64,000 nt of DNA from Gekko japonicus (taxonomy: Eukaryota), in assembly GCF_001447785.1 (NCBI RefSeq), contig NW_015169194.1, positions 730,854-794,853 of the forward strand. Reading direction: 5' to 3'. Below are positions 37,156 to 51,030 of this stretch, piece after piece. Position numbers and translations under genes: made by a program. Each line of letters starts with the position of its first letter. Within the stretch, counting starts at the first letter, position 1. Below the pieces are notes generated by a model, which searched no databases, was not told the DNA's origin, and saw only the letters and a program-made list of their open reading frames with translations.

Positions 37156-37340
37156 GTAGTTGCTTGTGTCTGTGCTATGTGAGATTATAGAATTCCCATT
37201 TATATGGCCCTCTATGGAAAGTTCCATGGTGGACCCCTGGAGGTGACTATATTGATACTGCCATTACTGTGTATTTAATAGAAACGTTAATCTACTATTT
37301 TGATATTTTTGCCACGCTGCCATATTTACATCACTTTCTT

Positions 37341-37585
37341 CCCAGTTTGGTGTAGTGGTTAAGTGTGCGGACCCTAATCTGGGAGAACCAGGTTTGATTC
37401 CCCACTCCTCCACTTGCACCTGCTGATGTGACCTTGGGTCAGTCACAAGCTCTGGCACAGCTGTCCTTGAAAAAGAACAGTTTGTGTCAGAGTTCTCTCA
37501 GCCCCACCCACCTAACAGGGTGTCTGTTGTGGGGAGGGGAAGGGAGAGGAGTTTGTAAGCCGCTCTGAGACTCCAAGTGAAGGGC
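37341..37585 (+). mobile_element. Second Squam3-like SINE, runs into a gap
   Basis: Highly similar to the 36881 copy. Confidence 0.8.
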
Positions 37586-37834
37586 NNNNNNNNNNNNNNN
37601 NNNNNNNNNNNNNNNNNNNNNNNNNNNNNNNNNNNNNNNNNNNNNNNNNNNNNNNNNNNNNNNNNNNNNNNNNNNNNNNNNNNNNNNNNNNNNNNNNNNN
37701 NNNNNNNNNNNNNNNNNNNNNNNNNNNNNNNNNTCCTTAAAACTGATACATTTTATTTCTTTATGTAAATTGCTTTAATTCTGAAACAATGTGTTGTATT
37801 TTTCTGACCCTTGATATCATGTTCTATTTTACAG

Positions 37835-38005
37835 AGTTCCTCTTTGTATTAGCAGAACCATTTGTTGCTATGGTATTCGAATGGGTAGGGACAAAGAATG
37901 GGACTTCGCATGGAAAATGTACAGTAGTAATGATGTTGAAAAAAATGACAAATCGGCAATATTATCTGACCTGGCATGTACCCGTGAGCCATGGCTACTT
38001 CAAAG
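37835..38005 (+). CDS. LVRN: LVRN exon (~17)
   Basis: VPLCISRTICCYGIRMGRDKEWDFAW...LACTREPWLLQ; cag/gtgaac. Confidence 0.92.
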
Positions 38006-39328
38006 GTGAACATTATTATCAGTACATTAAAATATTAGAACTTGCCAAATTAAAGAGAAAAGCAGGTAATAAGTATACTTATCAATGTATATGTCCAGTT
38101 CTTGTCTGGTCAGGAAGTTTCTAAACACTTCATTTTGTGATCCTGTAATAATTATTGTTACTCTCTTGTTTACAAACAGGAAGATTTTATCTGGATTTTT
38201 TGGTCAAAATAAGTTTATTCTTAGTGATTGAATAATGAATTGAGGAGTGTGGACTGAAATGGGTAGCACAACTGGAAAAGAAAAATAATAACTACTGATC
38301 CATGAACTTTCCACTATCCACATTGTGGGTGGCTTGTGAAACAAGAAAAGGGCATCCTTTAGTGGATTCTACTGTTGACTAGATTCCTTTAAGAAATCAA
38401 TATGGCTTTTTAAGACCTGGTTCTTCAGATAACATCAGTTTGCGTGTTATTGGGAATTCTTCCTTTTGCCACACTAATTTAGAATTTTCTCACTAATTAT
38501 TCTTTGCCAAGATCCAATTGCAGTTAACTACAATATAAAAGCACAAGATGGATTCTTTCTAAATCATAAATAAATATTTGGTCATTGGCGCTTAACTAAT
38601 AATTCTGATTGTCACTTGGAATTCTTGGACTAAAACTCAGTCCCACTGGAACAAAAAATGAAATTAAAGGTGATCCTAACAGGATCTGAGTGGAGTTTTA
38701 TAAGGCCATCTTTTGATAACTGGCAGTTTCCCATGCACAGTCCTGGTTTCTTGAGGACTCAGCCACCACAGCGACTTTCAGCTGCAAGTTCACATGCCAC
38801 AGAAGCCCGATTTGAACTGGGAACATGGTGCAAGGAGGGAGGGGATTCTACCTTCCCCCTGAGCCTTTCCCCCCACTTAAACTGGGCCTGGAAGGGCATT
38901 ATTTGCCCCATGAGGGGACTGTATGTTCAAGATTCAGGGCATGTGCAGTGCCCCAATGGAACAATAATGCCTCCCAGGCCATTTCAGCTCTGGAAAATGG
39001 CATGAGACTAAAGCTTCTCCTCCCCCCACACTGTGGTCAAAATCCACATCAGGGCCTCTGGTGCATTGGAATGGAGCTCCCAAAGGGAAGCTGCAGCTAT
39101 TGTGTGACTGCAATTCCCAATGGCGGCTATATGGATTAGAAATTTAGAGGGGGTCAGAAATTAAATATGAGATTTTTGGTAGCAGAAGCAGAAGCTACCA
39201 AAATCAGAATTCATTAATCAGATTTGCTGATTATGTGACAAAGCCACAGCCATGCAAAGTATGTTCCTATACATGAAGATTTTTACCATGTATTGTGAAA
39301 TGTAGCAAGATTAAAGGATATTTAACTC

Positions 39329-39454
39329 CAGGGCTTTTTTCCCCGGGGGGAATGTTTTTTTAAATGTTTAAAAGTTCATGAGTTTTCAGTATACAGACTG
39401 AAAACTTCATTTCCCTCTGGAGAGTTCCAGCACCTCTTTTATTTTAAAGCCCTG
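39329..39454. mobile_element. Short hAT MITE
   Basis: cagggcttt...aaagccctg; TSD tttaactc. Confidence 0.85.
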
Positions 39455-39529
39455 TTTAACTCAGTAGTGTTTTATAAACTTTATTTTCTTGTATTATGAG
39501 TTTTATATATTAAATGCACTTCTCTACAG

Positions 39530-39670
39530 ATTCTTGCAGTATACCCTCAACGATTCAATAATTTCGCCAGACCAGGTATCAGAAGTTATTGGTTCTGTGG
39601 CAGCAACTGAAGTTGGCTACCGGATAGCATGGAATTTTTTAACAGAAAATTGGTTGGTTTTAAGTAACAG
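39530..39670 (+). CDS. LVRN: LVRN exon (~18)
   Basis: FLQYTLNDSIISPDQVSEVIGSVAATEVGYRIAWNFLTENWLVLSN; cag/gtatgg. Confidence 0.92.
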
Positions 39671-40138
39671 GTATGGGAAGCATTGAAGCAACTTCATTTG
39701 CATTTTTAGTCCTAATGAACAGGGGGGAAATGTCACTTTTTTAGCAGCTGTTTTACTTTACTATTGATTATCAATAGAAAAAATAAGTAATTCAAACAGC
39801 AGTGGTCATTTTTACCAGTTAAGAGAAACAAGAAGTCTAAGAGGGGGACCTGCAAGGACTCACAGGGTGGAGCAATCCTTCGCTCTCTGCTTTGTCTCTC
39901 CTGCCCTCCCCCCACTGCTTTGCCAGGTCTGGCCTGCCTCCACCCACATGCTTTGGCTCTATATTCCCAGTATGCCTGCCTGGAATGGCAAGTGGTGGGG
40001 AGGTGGAGAAGCACTTAGGAGGAGATAAACTTGAACTGGCTCCAGCTTCCCCTTCTCACCTGTTCCTGGTAGCTGCCACCATATTTTCACAGACTGTTTT
40101 GGTTTGTTACAGCCTCCCAAAATGCAGACTGAGCTTCA

Positions 40139-40140
<2 letters not shown>

Positions 40141-40202
<62 letters not shown>
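40141..40202. repeat. (TG)n(AG)n microsatellite
   Basis: Direct reading. Confidence 0.95.
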
Positions 40203-40203
<1 letters not shown>

Positions 40204-40852
40204 TGTCTGTGCAAATGACACTATTAACTTGGAGGAATGTATTTCAAAATTATATTTCTAGAAATGTAGGGGTTCCTGTAGGTTTGCTGCACCCTATATT
40301 GGTTATTAGATGTAGGGATGTTTCCCAATTATTGATTTTTTAATCTGTTCTTCTTAGAGATAAAATAGGTATGATACAGGAAGTCTGTGATCAAATCTGC
40401 CAGGTTTTCCCTTTAAGGCAGCTTCAGGACCTTTGATTTTGATTTGGACAGTGGAACTGAGGAAAGGGAATTTAAATCTTTTGCTCTGAATTGTTGAATT
40501 GAATCTGAATTGTTCCCTGAAGCTGCTTTAAGTTCCTCAAGAGAGAGAAAAAATAAAGACACAATGCAGCTATTCTATTTTTTTCTTAGGATGACTTAGA
40601 GTGCATAGATCTGGATTAGGAAAATTGGACATGAGACAAGTTTGATCTCTCTCTACCCCTCCCCTCACTCGAAACAAAATTTGAGGGCCCTGAGATCTAG
40701 TCACAGGTCTCTGGTATCATCTTTATTCTGGCCTATAGTGTAATTTATGGATATATTTTTTCTTTTTCATGTCAGTCATGATGGCATACATTTAGCATCT
40801 AATCAAAATGTTTTCTCATACTTATGCATGCGCATAATACTTTCTGTTACAG

Positions 40853-40928
40853 GCATGGGAACGAACCATTACTTAGTTTCTTAGAAACTGCACAACATTT
40901 TATAACTACAGACTTACATATCCAAATG
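40853..40928 (+). CDS. LVRN: LVRN exon (~19)
   Basis: HGNEPLLSFLETAQHFITTDLHIQM; cag/gtaagt. Confidence 0.87.
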
Positions 40929-42144
40929 GTAAGTAGGTTAATAGAAACAGAATAATTACATATCTTGGAACAGTTGCCCACAGATGTGAAGAACTTGGGA
41001 AAAATCTAGGTGTGAATGTGTCTGAAATTAATTCTAATATTCAACTGGATGTTATGTCCATCAGAAGGCATATACAGGCAAGGTAAGAACCTTCCCAAGT
41101 ATGGGGGGGAAATGTTAATTGTTAAACTAAAAAAAGAAGAAGAACAGCAACAATATGGACACTGTGGGGCCAGGGGGGAGATTCTGAGTTACCTTCTGGA
41201 CTGAAGAATGTCCAATCCCCGACTGTGGCCTCTGTCATATGGATTCTTTAAACCCCAACTGCCTACAATCAGATAAAAAGGGGGATTAAAGGGTTGGTAG
41301 CATATAAGATACACATCCCTAAAAATATTTTATTTGGGAACCTGCTAGACCAAGACTAATTATTTATGAGGTAAGCAGAAATTGCTTCTTCATAGTTATC
41401 TGAGTGGACAGACAAGACACAAATGTAGATGAACAGCATAGGTTATTTAACAGAAACTGAAGTATTTAATATGGTATGGTCTTGTGTGGTAACGTTTCAG
41501 TATTATAAAGTGAACTGCTTGTCAGCTTTACCCCTATAGGTTACAAGCTTCCCCAGTGAGAGTAACTACTTTGTAATTGAGTCTCTGTTAATGTAAATAA
41601 ACCCTGAGAGGAGATGTGATTCCCCTTTTTCTTAACAGGTTACCTCAACAGCTTCAAGGCTGCTCTTTTACTACACAGAGCTCTTGTTCACAGAACCTGC
41701 ATGTGTAAGTTAGGAGTGAGGGCCCTCAACAGGATGCTTATTTGCTTCACTGAAACAAGCTTTCTTCCCTAAGCTGACCCCAAGCCTAACTAAAATCCAA
41801 ATAAAAGCCCCGCTAAATTGAAACTCTTATCCAGAGCCAGAAAAATTCCCTGTCCAAGGGAAAAAAAACCTTTCCCCCTCCTCTCTTAAGCTGAGCTTAC
41901 TCACTCCACTCCTCCAGTGGAGTTCCGTGGGCACTGATAGTTTGACAATCACCTGGATTTACTGCCCTGGAAGAGAGGTGGGACTTTGGGGGATGGTTGC
42001 CACAGCCCCCTTTGCCTTTCTGAAGCACTCTGATGAGAATGGAGTGCTAAGGACAGGTGAGAATCAGTTAATGTCTACAGTTGTGGGGATATCAGATGAC
42101 ACGCTTGAGACTGGGGGTGCTGTTGTCCTATGTGGCAAACCAGA

Positions 42145-42530
42145 TAGGGTTGCCAGTTCCCAGGTGGGAGTGGGGGATCCCCCAATTTCATGGGCTTCTG
42201 CCTGCCATTGGCCAGCTGGCCAGCAGGGGGAAGCCCCACCCCCAACAGTCACGACCCCGCACGATGTCCTTGACATGATGACGTCATGTGGAAGCGATGT
42301 CATTACACCGGAGGTGTCACAGAGCGACACTCTGGTTTTTGGGCAAAACTCTATAGGTTGAGCCCAATTTTACCAGAGAGTTTGCCCCCAAACCAGAGCG
42401 TTGCTGTGACACCTCCAGCATGATGACATCACTTCTGTGTGACGCCATCATGTTGGGGACATTACATGCGGTGATGTCGCCCCACCCCCCATCTCCCAGA
42501 AAATTCCCTCCCACCCTCTACCAGCACCAG
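42145..42530. mobile_element. hAT-Tip100-like MITE (right end unclear)
   Basis: TAGGGTTGCCA terminus; internal inverted repeat. Confidence 0.5.
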
Positions 42531-42603
42531 TTGCTGAATAAACAGTTTCCAGGGTCTATAGGAATCTCTGTGTGCTTCAGGGAAGATTCCTCCCAAAACT
42601 CTT

Positions 42604-43027
42604 TGTTGGAATTATTTTCCAGTAGTTAGCAGAGTGCTCAAGGCTATAACCCAGCAGAGCCCATCTGGTCAGTGTGTGTGCTGCAGGAACAAAGTTACAT
42701 GGAGCCTCTTTATCTTTGCAATCTAATGAGAGTCCTTTATTATATGGAACTCCATTCTAGACAGGATAGAGATAGATTTCTAATCTAGTCTAACATGACC
42801 TGCTGTCATGCTGCCAAGATGGAGAAGTCTGGCAAAGTGGGGAGAGTCAAAGTGGAAGGAAGGAAGTTTTCCCTAAGAGTAAGAATCTACACATCAAAGG
42901 GATAGCATCAGAAGAGAAGGAAAAGATATTTAGTGTCCTAGCCGATCTATTTCTCTGACTCTTTTGTAGCCCCCCCCCCCCCGAAGTCTGAGGCTAAAAG
43001 ACAGCGTAATGTCCTTCACTTCCAACA
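42604..43027 (-). mobile_element. Solo LTR (Copia-like), related to 16531
   Basis: TGTTGGAA...TTCCAACA; TSD ctctt; shares tagttagcagagt. Confidence 0.85.
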
Positions 43028-43730
43028 CTCTTTGGGTCAGGTTTCTCCTGTTGACTCTTTGGTTTAGGAAGCAACTAAAAAGCCCCAAGGAAGCATATCT
43101 GTTCAGCATTCTTCATTGCTGGTCCTTGTGCTTTGTGTCTTCTTTCTGCTTTTTGACCCTGGCTCCTGACATGTGGTTTTACAAAGTCTTGGCTTCTGAC
43201 CTCCTAGTTAGACTTCCAGTTTTCTTAGAAACTGTGGCTCCTGGTTCTTGTCTTGGCTTTTGCTCTTTACTCCATTTGAGACTCCTGATTCCTGGTCTTA
43301 GGTTCTGCTTCACTGCTGCCCATGACCCTGACACCTAAAAAGGAAAAAAAAAGGGGGGGACAGATTGTCTCAATCAGACTTTTAATGTTTTTTGTATCCT
43401 AGAGGGAAGGCAATTAGGCCAGGCTGCCCCATATTCCAAATGCTTAATTGCATCTAATCTAGGATGCTGTCCACTGTTAATATTTATGGCATTTGTATGC
43501 AACTTTTTCCCCTTAAAAGACCTAAAGCAGCCCACAGACACTTACCAAAATGCAAATCACCAAGTTAAGTAACACAATTAAAAAAAAACAAGTAGATCCT
43601 GGTTGGGTCCTGTTGCACAAGGCTGCTTCACACCAGGCCTGAAGCTGCAAGGCACAGGACAAGGGACAAGAGTCCTTGGCTCTTACTCAAGAGCACTTGC
43701 TTCTGATACCACCCAGGTTTTAAGTACCTG

Positions 43731-44703
43731 TGTTACCCAAAGGAAGTGTCTCTGATATTAATTGGGAGAATTAATGTAATTGGAGACAAGCGAGAGGGGG
43801 TAACTAGGGGGTCTCCAGCAATGCTTACAGGGATGGTTCCCTGAGAACTCTCAAAGAAACCAGACTCAAGTACAACAGGAAAGCTGTTTTATTACAAAAG
43901 AATAAGAGTATGGCATACATACAGAGCACACGGGGGACACACACAAACTATCTAAGAAAGAAAAGGAAATAGTGGGGAAGGATTTGGAGAGGGCAGTATT
44001 TACCAGGTCCTGGAGATCAAGGTCTGCAGAAGATGGCGAGGGAAGTGGCCAGTGTTTCCTGGAGAGATGCAAGAAGCCCACAGAAAGTGGGGGTGTAATG
44101 TTAGTGCTGAGAACATCCACACACTGCATGGAGCAGAGTATGTCCAGTTATAGGAAAAAATGATCATCAGGCGGTCTGATGTATGTGTGTCCCTAACACA
44201 ATACCTTGATTGGATTTCCCAGGGTGAACAAAGACCTGGGGAAACCTGTGACAGTTTGCATGAATTGGATGCCTGGTGGATTTGTCTGATGTAATCTGAA
44301 AGTGTTAATGTTCTCTGATGACCCTTAAGTACAGGATGGGAGAGGCTATCGGGTTATATGAATAGCTTATTAATCAAGGTAAATGGGCGAGGGGAAGCAC
44401 AACCAGATGTGACGAGGTCGCATCAAGGTGGGGTATTGCCTTCCTGAGAAGCCCATTGTTGAGATTAAGTATTTTTTTAGGGTGGAGGGGAGAGCTATTA
44501 GCAAGTCAGTACCCTAAATCACCTTCGCAAAATAGTTTCCCAGGCTTGTCTCTGCCCAGCATCCATTTTGTTTGATTCCAGCTCCATTTTTGTTCCACTT
44601 CCAGGCCAGGCTGTACAGTACGCACATAATTTGGGGGGTGATATTGAAAGAGTGGCGTCTACTTTCAAACTACCCTTCCGCAGGAGGGGTCTGGCTGATA
44701 ACA
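43731..44703 (-). mobile_element. Solo LTR (ERV/Gypsy-like)
   Basis: TGTTA...TAACA; cctg/ccta flanks; minus-strand AATAAA. Confidence 0.55.
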
Positions 44704-45347
44704 CCTACAAGGAGAAGAAGACAAACTTAGCCCAGATGAAACTCAGTTTCCTAACACACACCCCCCCCCCGAATTGTCTTTGGTCCTGTTCAGGCTTTAA
44801 TACCCAGAAGGAGAGGATAACCAACTGATCAGAGCAGCTGCTGCCAGTTCTGACCATTCTGAAACTAAAAGGAATGCATCTAGTGATGTGCAAATGAAAG
44901 GCACTGATGGTGGCAGATCTTCTCTGCTTTCCCTTCAACACAATAACTGTTTCCAATTCTGGGAAAGATTCTTGGGGTTGCAAGACCCATGTGGAGTAAT
45001 AGCTACATTGGTTAGTGGGCAGTGAGGAAGGGAAAGGGGACGAAATCACCCTTCTTGCATCTTCTGTTAGCACAAGCATGTTGCCGGATCCAACCCAGAG
45101 TCTGCAGGAGAGGGGGATTAACAGCAATTGCAGTCATAATTTGGTATGGAGAAAATTAATGTGAATTTATGTCATCTGGTCTTGAGTCATTCCTCAATGT
45201 TGTCCTTCCACGAAGAACAAGAATATAGGACTTGGGACTGGGCAGTAAGTATGCAGGATAGTAATCACAACTGTAGGGGAAAAGTGCACCTGAACAAAAG
45301 TGATAATGCGCCTTTGAATAACTTACTGTATTTATTATTGATTTTAG

Positions 45348-45494
45348 GTCCAGGTTTTTTTAAACAATACACTTACAGAAGAAGAAAGAATAGTTCCCAA
45401 TGACATACTGCTGACAGCAAAATCTAAAAATAAAGAAAGGAAAAAAGCAATAACCAAAACTATCAAGTGGCTACAGAAAAAAATAGATGGCTAA
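45348..45494 (+). CDS. LVRN: LVRN last coding exon (~20) with stop
   Basis: ttttag|GTC; VQVFLNNTLTEEERIV...IKWLQKKIDG*; the 17 exons sum to 2004 nt in frame. Confidence 0.87.
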   Translation, partial: VQVFLNNTLTEEERIVPNDILLTAKSKNKERKKAITKTIKWLQKKIDG

Positions 45495-46209
45495 AACTTG
45501 AGAACTCTTCCAAGTGTGTATTTTCCTCCAGTGTACGGGTTGCTGGACTCTAAAACTTTAAAAAGTAACACACTATTGTATAAAAAGAAATATCAATTCA
45601 TGTTTCTAATGAAGAATGCTGCCTATGAGTGCAAATTAGACCATTCTCATTGCAAATGGAAGAATCAAATGAGAAAGATATTTACATCTTAGCAAAATCC
45701 TTCTTTTGTGAGAATGCACTTTTAAGAGCTGGCCTAAACAGAAGCAAAAGGAACATCTTGACACTGTACTGGCTGAATGAAGCAAACTTTAGTACTTGAA
45801 ATACACGTCCAGAAAGCAGAAGAAACAAATGTACTCTCTGTTCTGTGGCTGATATGCTGTATGTGCAGCTTTGGGACTAAATATTCATTTTTCTTAATTC
45901 AGCTTTTTAACTTATGAAATGGAGATGATGGTGGTAATATCTAAATCACACATAACTATGATACTGTACCACATAACGTTTTCCTTACGATATGAGCAAG
46001 CAGTGCTCTGTAGAAATACAGTGCTCTTTATTTTACACTACAGTATTCTATATCAGATTTCTTTAAATCACTTTGGGGGAAAATCTGTACAAATTACTAG
46101 TGCTAAGAGTCTGTTGTTAGGCCTGTTAAACAGGTATAGAATGAGCAGACCATTAGTGTTACAGCAAGATCATTTGTTTATGAAATGCAGATGTGTTTCT
46201 TTGCATATA

Positions 46210-46402
46210 TCCAGTGTTGTCGGATCTCAGAAGCTAGGTAGGGTTCGCCCTGGTTAGTATTTGGGTGGGAGACCATCAAGGAATATCAGGGTCATGGTGT
46301 TGGAAGCAGGCAGTGGCAAGCCACCTCTGAACGTCTCTTTCCTTGAAAACCCTGCAGGGTCGCCGTAAGTCATCTGTGACTTGATGGCAACAACAGCAAC
46401 AA
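46210..46402 (+). mobile_element. 5S-derived SINE with RTE/BovB-like tail
   Basis: gatctcagaagctag...ggttagtatttgggtgggagacc; gggtcgccgtaagtc...gacttgatggcaacaac. Confidence 0.75.
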
Positions 46403-48284
46403 GAAAGTGAAACTGCACTGTTAAAGCCTTCGTATTCTAATTTAACAGATTGCTGGGAAATTAAAAAAAACTTGCAACAAAGAAAAATACAAAAGCCAAA
46501 ACATGGAATTGCAATACAGTATTATAAAAACAATTATAAGCAGTGAAAATCTTGTAGTTAACCTGGTTTAGCATATACGGGAAACCAGAGCCCCCCCTGT
46601 GTCATTCGCAAGTTTGCGTTCCACCACCACCACGGCATGAAGGGAACCCTTTGGGTAGAAGGAGTTCATAAACGTCATTAACACAGGACAATTAAATTAG
46701 CTGTCATAAGTGCCTTGCCTTCCTGAGGGTGGTTATGGCAAGCTAGAGATCAGAATTTTTTTTGTTACCTATTCCCCTTTAGAACAAGTTACAGCAAATT
46801 TGGGATACTTGGGATTCCTTCCTCTTAAAGGTTACTGGTTATCTTGAGGAAGGTGAGGGCTGATTTAGCAGCATCACCCAAATGGAAATATATCACTGAA
46901 GAACATTATTCAGTGCCTGACTTTCAGTCCTCAGGCTGCTTTGTTGGCAGCCTTTGTACAAAACCACTGCTTACCCTTACCCAGCTTGTATGTGACCACT
47001 TTTCCTTTCTTGTGTTTATAAAAAGTTCTCTTTTTAATTGACAAGTGTTATGTAATTGAAATTGCCAAAATGTGTAAATATTTACCAAAGTAATTTATGG
47101 ATAAGAAAATATCTTTCAAATGCCTGGTGTTCTAATTTTCGTCTAAGATTGTCCTTAGTAACGGTGGTGATGGACATTTAAAATATTTTTTTTTTGTGCT
47201 GCCCCATTCCTGAGCAAATGGAAATTCAGGACAACCTTTCCGTGGTCAGTTTCATTTTGGAGGACAGAGCACAGTACTTCTGGTTTCTTTGTAAGATTCT
47301 TATTTTTGTATTTAAGTAGGCATCCTGATAAGTTTTTACATGATTTCATTAGGAAGCTTTGTGCTTCTGGTAAAATACTGAAAATATTACTCATGCAAAA
47401 GAGAGAGATGAATTCAGAAACAATAATTTGAAAAATTATTGGCTGGTAATATGATGGTTATGAAGATGATTAATTTTTAAACTCTAGGGTAGTTCTTCAA
47501 GATTCAGGGACCTGATTTGGGAACCAAATCACCAAATAGGCAATGGGGCCTTATATATGTCTTTGGAAGATTTATGTCTTGGGGCAATGGAACATATTTA
47601 TAAACTTGGGCAGATATTAAATCTTCCTAACATTTGTGCCTAGCAAGAAAAATTGACACCTGATTCTCTGCTGTTAACATGAACAAATAGCCAGTCATTT
47701 TCCATACAATATAATAGGATAAAGAGGAAAAGTCTAGTCAGGAAGAAACAATAAATGATTTTTAATTAACAGTCTTACTGCAGGTTTGATTACTGGACTA
47801 ATACATCTTTCCCAAGCCAAGGATTTTATATATATAACCAAAAGCTACACACATATTATGAAACGTGTGAAAAGCAAAGCACAAGTTTCACAATGGAATA
47901 TGGTTTCCTCCTCCTAGTGTATTGTAGACAAGATGAGTTTAAAAAGCATTTCAGAGACATTATAATACTTCACCTGGAAAATTTAGGGTTAGTTTTTAGA
48001 CAAAGGGACCATGTAATACAACTTTTAGAAAAATATGTTGTGAAACTTCTTATAAAATGACTGAAAATGCCAATTTTTTACTTTATGATTGATTTCAAAT
48101 ATGGTGGTCAAATAGGAACATGCTATAAATTACTAACTTGTTTAGGTCAGACTTGTATGTAAATGTCAGAAGATGCAGGAATGTAAGAAAGATCTTCATG
48201 GGACTCAAGAAAATATGTATTGGAGCAAGAAGGAGAATTGTGGTCCTTGGGGCAGGGAAGGGCACGAAGGTGAAGGGGATAACA

Positions 48285-50320
48285 AAATAATATCTTGTAT
48301 TAAGCTATAAAAATTTTCCTGATTTTGGTTGGGTGCATATAGATTTACGATCAACAGTTTTCTATTTCTTCGGATTAATGATATTGCCACTACTCTTCCA
48401 TCTGTAGATGCATAAATAAGTTCAGGGTTTAAATCTTCTTTAATATATATGGCAACACCTCTTTTTTTTTCTTTCACCTGCTGCAAAAAATACAACTCCT
48501 GTTTTCTTAGAATTCAGATATTTTACGTCTTTCTTCCTTATATGAGTCTCTTGTATACACTATTTCTGCTTTTATTTAATTGATGGAAAATCCTTTTTAG
48601 TTTCTGAGAACTGTTTAAGCCATTCACATTAACCGATAAGAAAATCCTTTTTCGTTTCTAAGGACTGTTTAAGCCATTCACATTAACCAATAAAATGTCC
48701 AGCTTATTATTTCTTTCCATTTTTGTCGGTGAGTCTATTTATTCTTGCTCTATGACGGGTAATTACTTGTAAGGAGGTAATGTTTGCTCTTCTTTGTCCT
48801 CTGTTCTCTCCCTTCTTTTTCTCTTCCTCATCTTTATTATCTTTAAGATCTTCCTCTGTTTCACTTTCTTCTTCATCTCTTTCTTCTTCACCTTCGCCTT
48901 CCCATCCTAACTTCTCTCCATATCGCTCTAGAACATTCTTAGCCTTGAATATAGAGCCCAATTTGTGTCTTTTCCCTTCATGGTTAAACAATATGCCTTC
49001 GGGAAGGAGCCATCTATAAGAGATTCCATTAGCTGTCAGCAGATCCGTTATTATATAGTATGGTTGTCTTTTTTCCCTAACTCTCCACGGTACTTCTTTT
49101 AGAATCTCTTTTTCATTAATCTTGACTGTAGTTTCATTAGAAGCCTTTAAAATTTTATCTCGCATTAGTCTAGTGAATTTAATATGTACCTCCCTCGGGA
49201 TTTTATGTCTTCGTGCATAAGCTGTATTTTTTCTATAGATCACATCTATTTCCTTTTCCACCTCTTCATATGTATCTAGCTTTAATTGTTCAGATAGGTT
49301 TTCAATTAATTCTTGTTTTAGGCTTTTTTCCAAACTTTCTGGTACATTCTGACATTTAATTAGTAAAGCCGCTTTGTCTAATTCCAAATTCATCAGAGTT
49401 TCCTCTATTTTATCTGTTTTCATTTTTAACTCATATACTTGGTCTACTTGGAGTTTCTCTTCAGTATTATTACAATCTTTAGCTAATTTTAATATCTCCT
49501 GTTTATTTTCATTAATTTGTTTTTTTATTTCTTCAGTGTCTATTTTCATCTGTTGTGATATTTCTGCAATATTTTTTGGATTGGTTCTAGTTCTTGTTTT
49601 ATCATTTCTCCCATCTTTATTTATTTGATTTCTAATTTTATCTGTATGGGTTCTATTTCTTAAGTAATTCTGGTAATGTGGAATCTATTATATGCTTAGT
49701 GGTTTGTTCTACTATTTCTTTTATTAAGATTTTTAAATCTTTATTTTGCATTTGCCCTGCACTCATTGTGCTGAGTTTAAGTTGTGTCTGGATGCTAGTT
49801 TGCCCTGGGGAGGTTAAAGATCCTTTCCTACTTCCACTACCCCCTGTAGCCATCTACAGTTTATTATTAGTATTGAAGCCTCCTTCACTTAAGTTAAGAG
49901 TTTATACTATAAATAGCTTCACCTCCAGTCTTTTTAGAATAAGTGTTATATAGGTGTTCTATACAGTTCCGTTGCTTAGTTTTTCTCTTCCTGTATTTTT
50001 TCCTCCTGCTCTGTTATATCTGCTCCGTTGCTCCGTTGCCTCTCTGTTCTGCTGTAATCTCCTATCTTTCTGCCTTTTCCTCTGGGTCCTAGATTCCACC
50101 GCCTCTTATCTCTGCTGTTCTCTCTCTACTGCACAATCGCAATTCCTCTCAGCCTTTTCTCACAAGCCACAGCCTCCTCTCGAACGCCGCTCCCCAGACC
50201 TCGCACTCCAAAACATAGAACGAAAGAGGACAGAAAACAAACACAGCTATGAGGTATTTATATCTTGCAGATTCAGTTTTGGCTATTTAAAGTGTTCTGC
50301 TGGTCTAATAACCCCTTTAA
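48285..50320 (-). mobile_element. 3'-truncated L1: 5'UTR, disrupted ORF1, start of ORF2 endonuclease
   Basis: ORF1 49853-48707 (QNVPE, PREVHIKF, YRWLLPEG); EN NVNGLN (duplicated), KKRGVAIYI, IVNLYAPN. Confidence 0.88.
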
Positions 50321-50329
50321 CCTGCCCCG

Positions 50330-51030
50330 ATTCCCCCCCAACTTCTATCTTTTGCCTTCGCTAATGGCCACCTTAAAGGGAACCTTTCCCTTTCTTTCCT
50401 CTTTGTCTTATTTCATGCGGGCTTAGTTTAGTTTTACCTTCTAGGTCCTATTTTTTCAATGCCTTTCAAATACACACATCAACTATAAAATGGTTATTTT
50501 TTGTGGTTCTATAACGTTGAGAGACTCCAATTGGTTCTGTAGGCTCCGTCTTGTGCTCGGCGTCTGTTGGGCGTTCCTATTAGCCTTCCACTTCAAGGCG
50601 TCCCATAGGGTCTCAAGACGGTTGCCAGCCTGTCTTGAATATGGGAAAAAGCCTCTTGCTTTCGGTTTCCCCCTCCGAGAGAAACCAGGTGGGGGGAGAT
50701 GGAGAACCCCCTAAAAGGCTAAAAGAAATAAAGTAGGCAAGCAGCTGCTGCTACGAACGTCCACTCTCGGCAAAACCAGAACCGGATCGCCCCCTTTTTA
50801 GATTCTTGATGTCTTTTTAAAAACTGCTTCGCTTTCGTAAAAGAGTCAATATTTTCTTTTTTGCCTTTGTAGTTGAACATCAAGACTTCAGGTATGAATG
50901 AATGAATTTTATTGTTACGGCGCTTAGCCAGCAATAAGACTTCAGGTAGTATCCATCAGTAGGTAGTGGTATTTTCCCGTAGGAAGGTGGTTAAATTCTT
51001 GTATTGTTTTCTCTTCTTCCTTATCTCAAA
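50330..51030 (-). repeat. Direct duplicate of 51581-52230 (ORF1 C-terminus plus downstream sequence)
   Basis: Near-identical ~650 bp; carries an extra 41-bp insert 50895-50935 with TSD aagacttcaggta. Confidence 0.9.
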
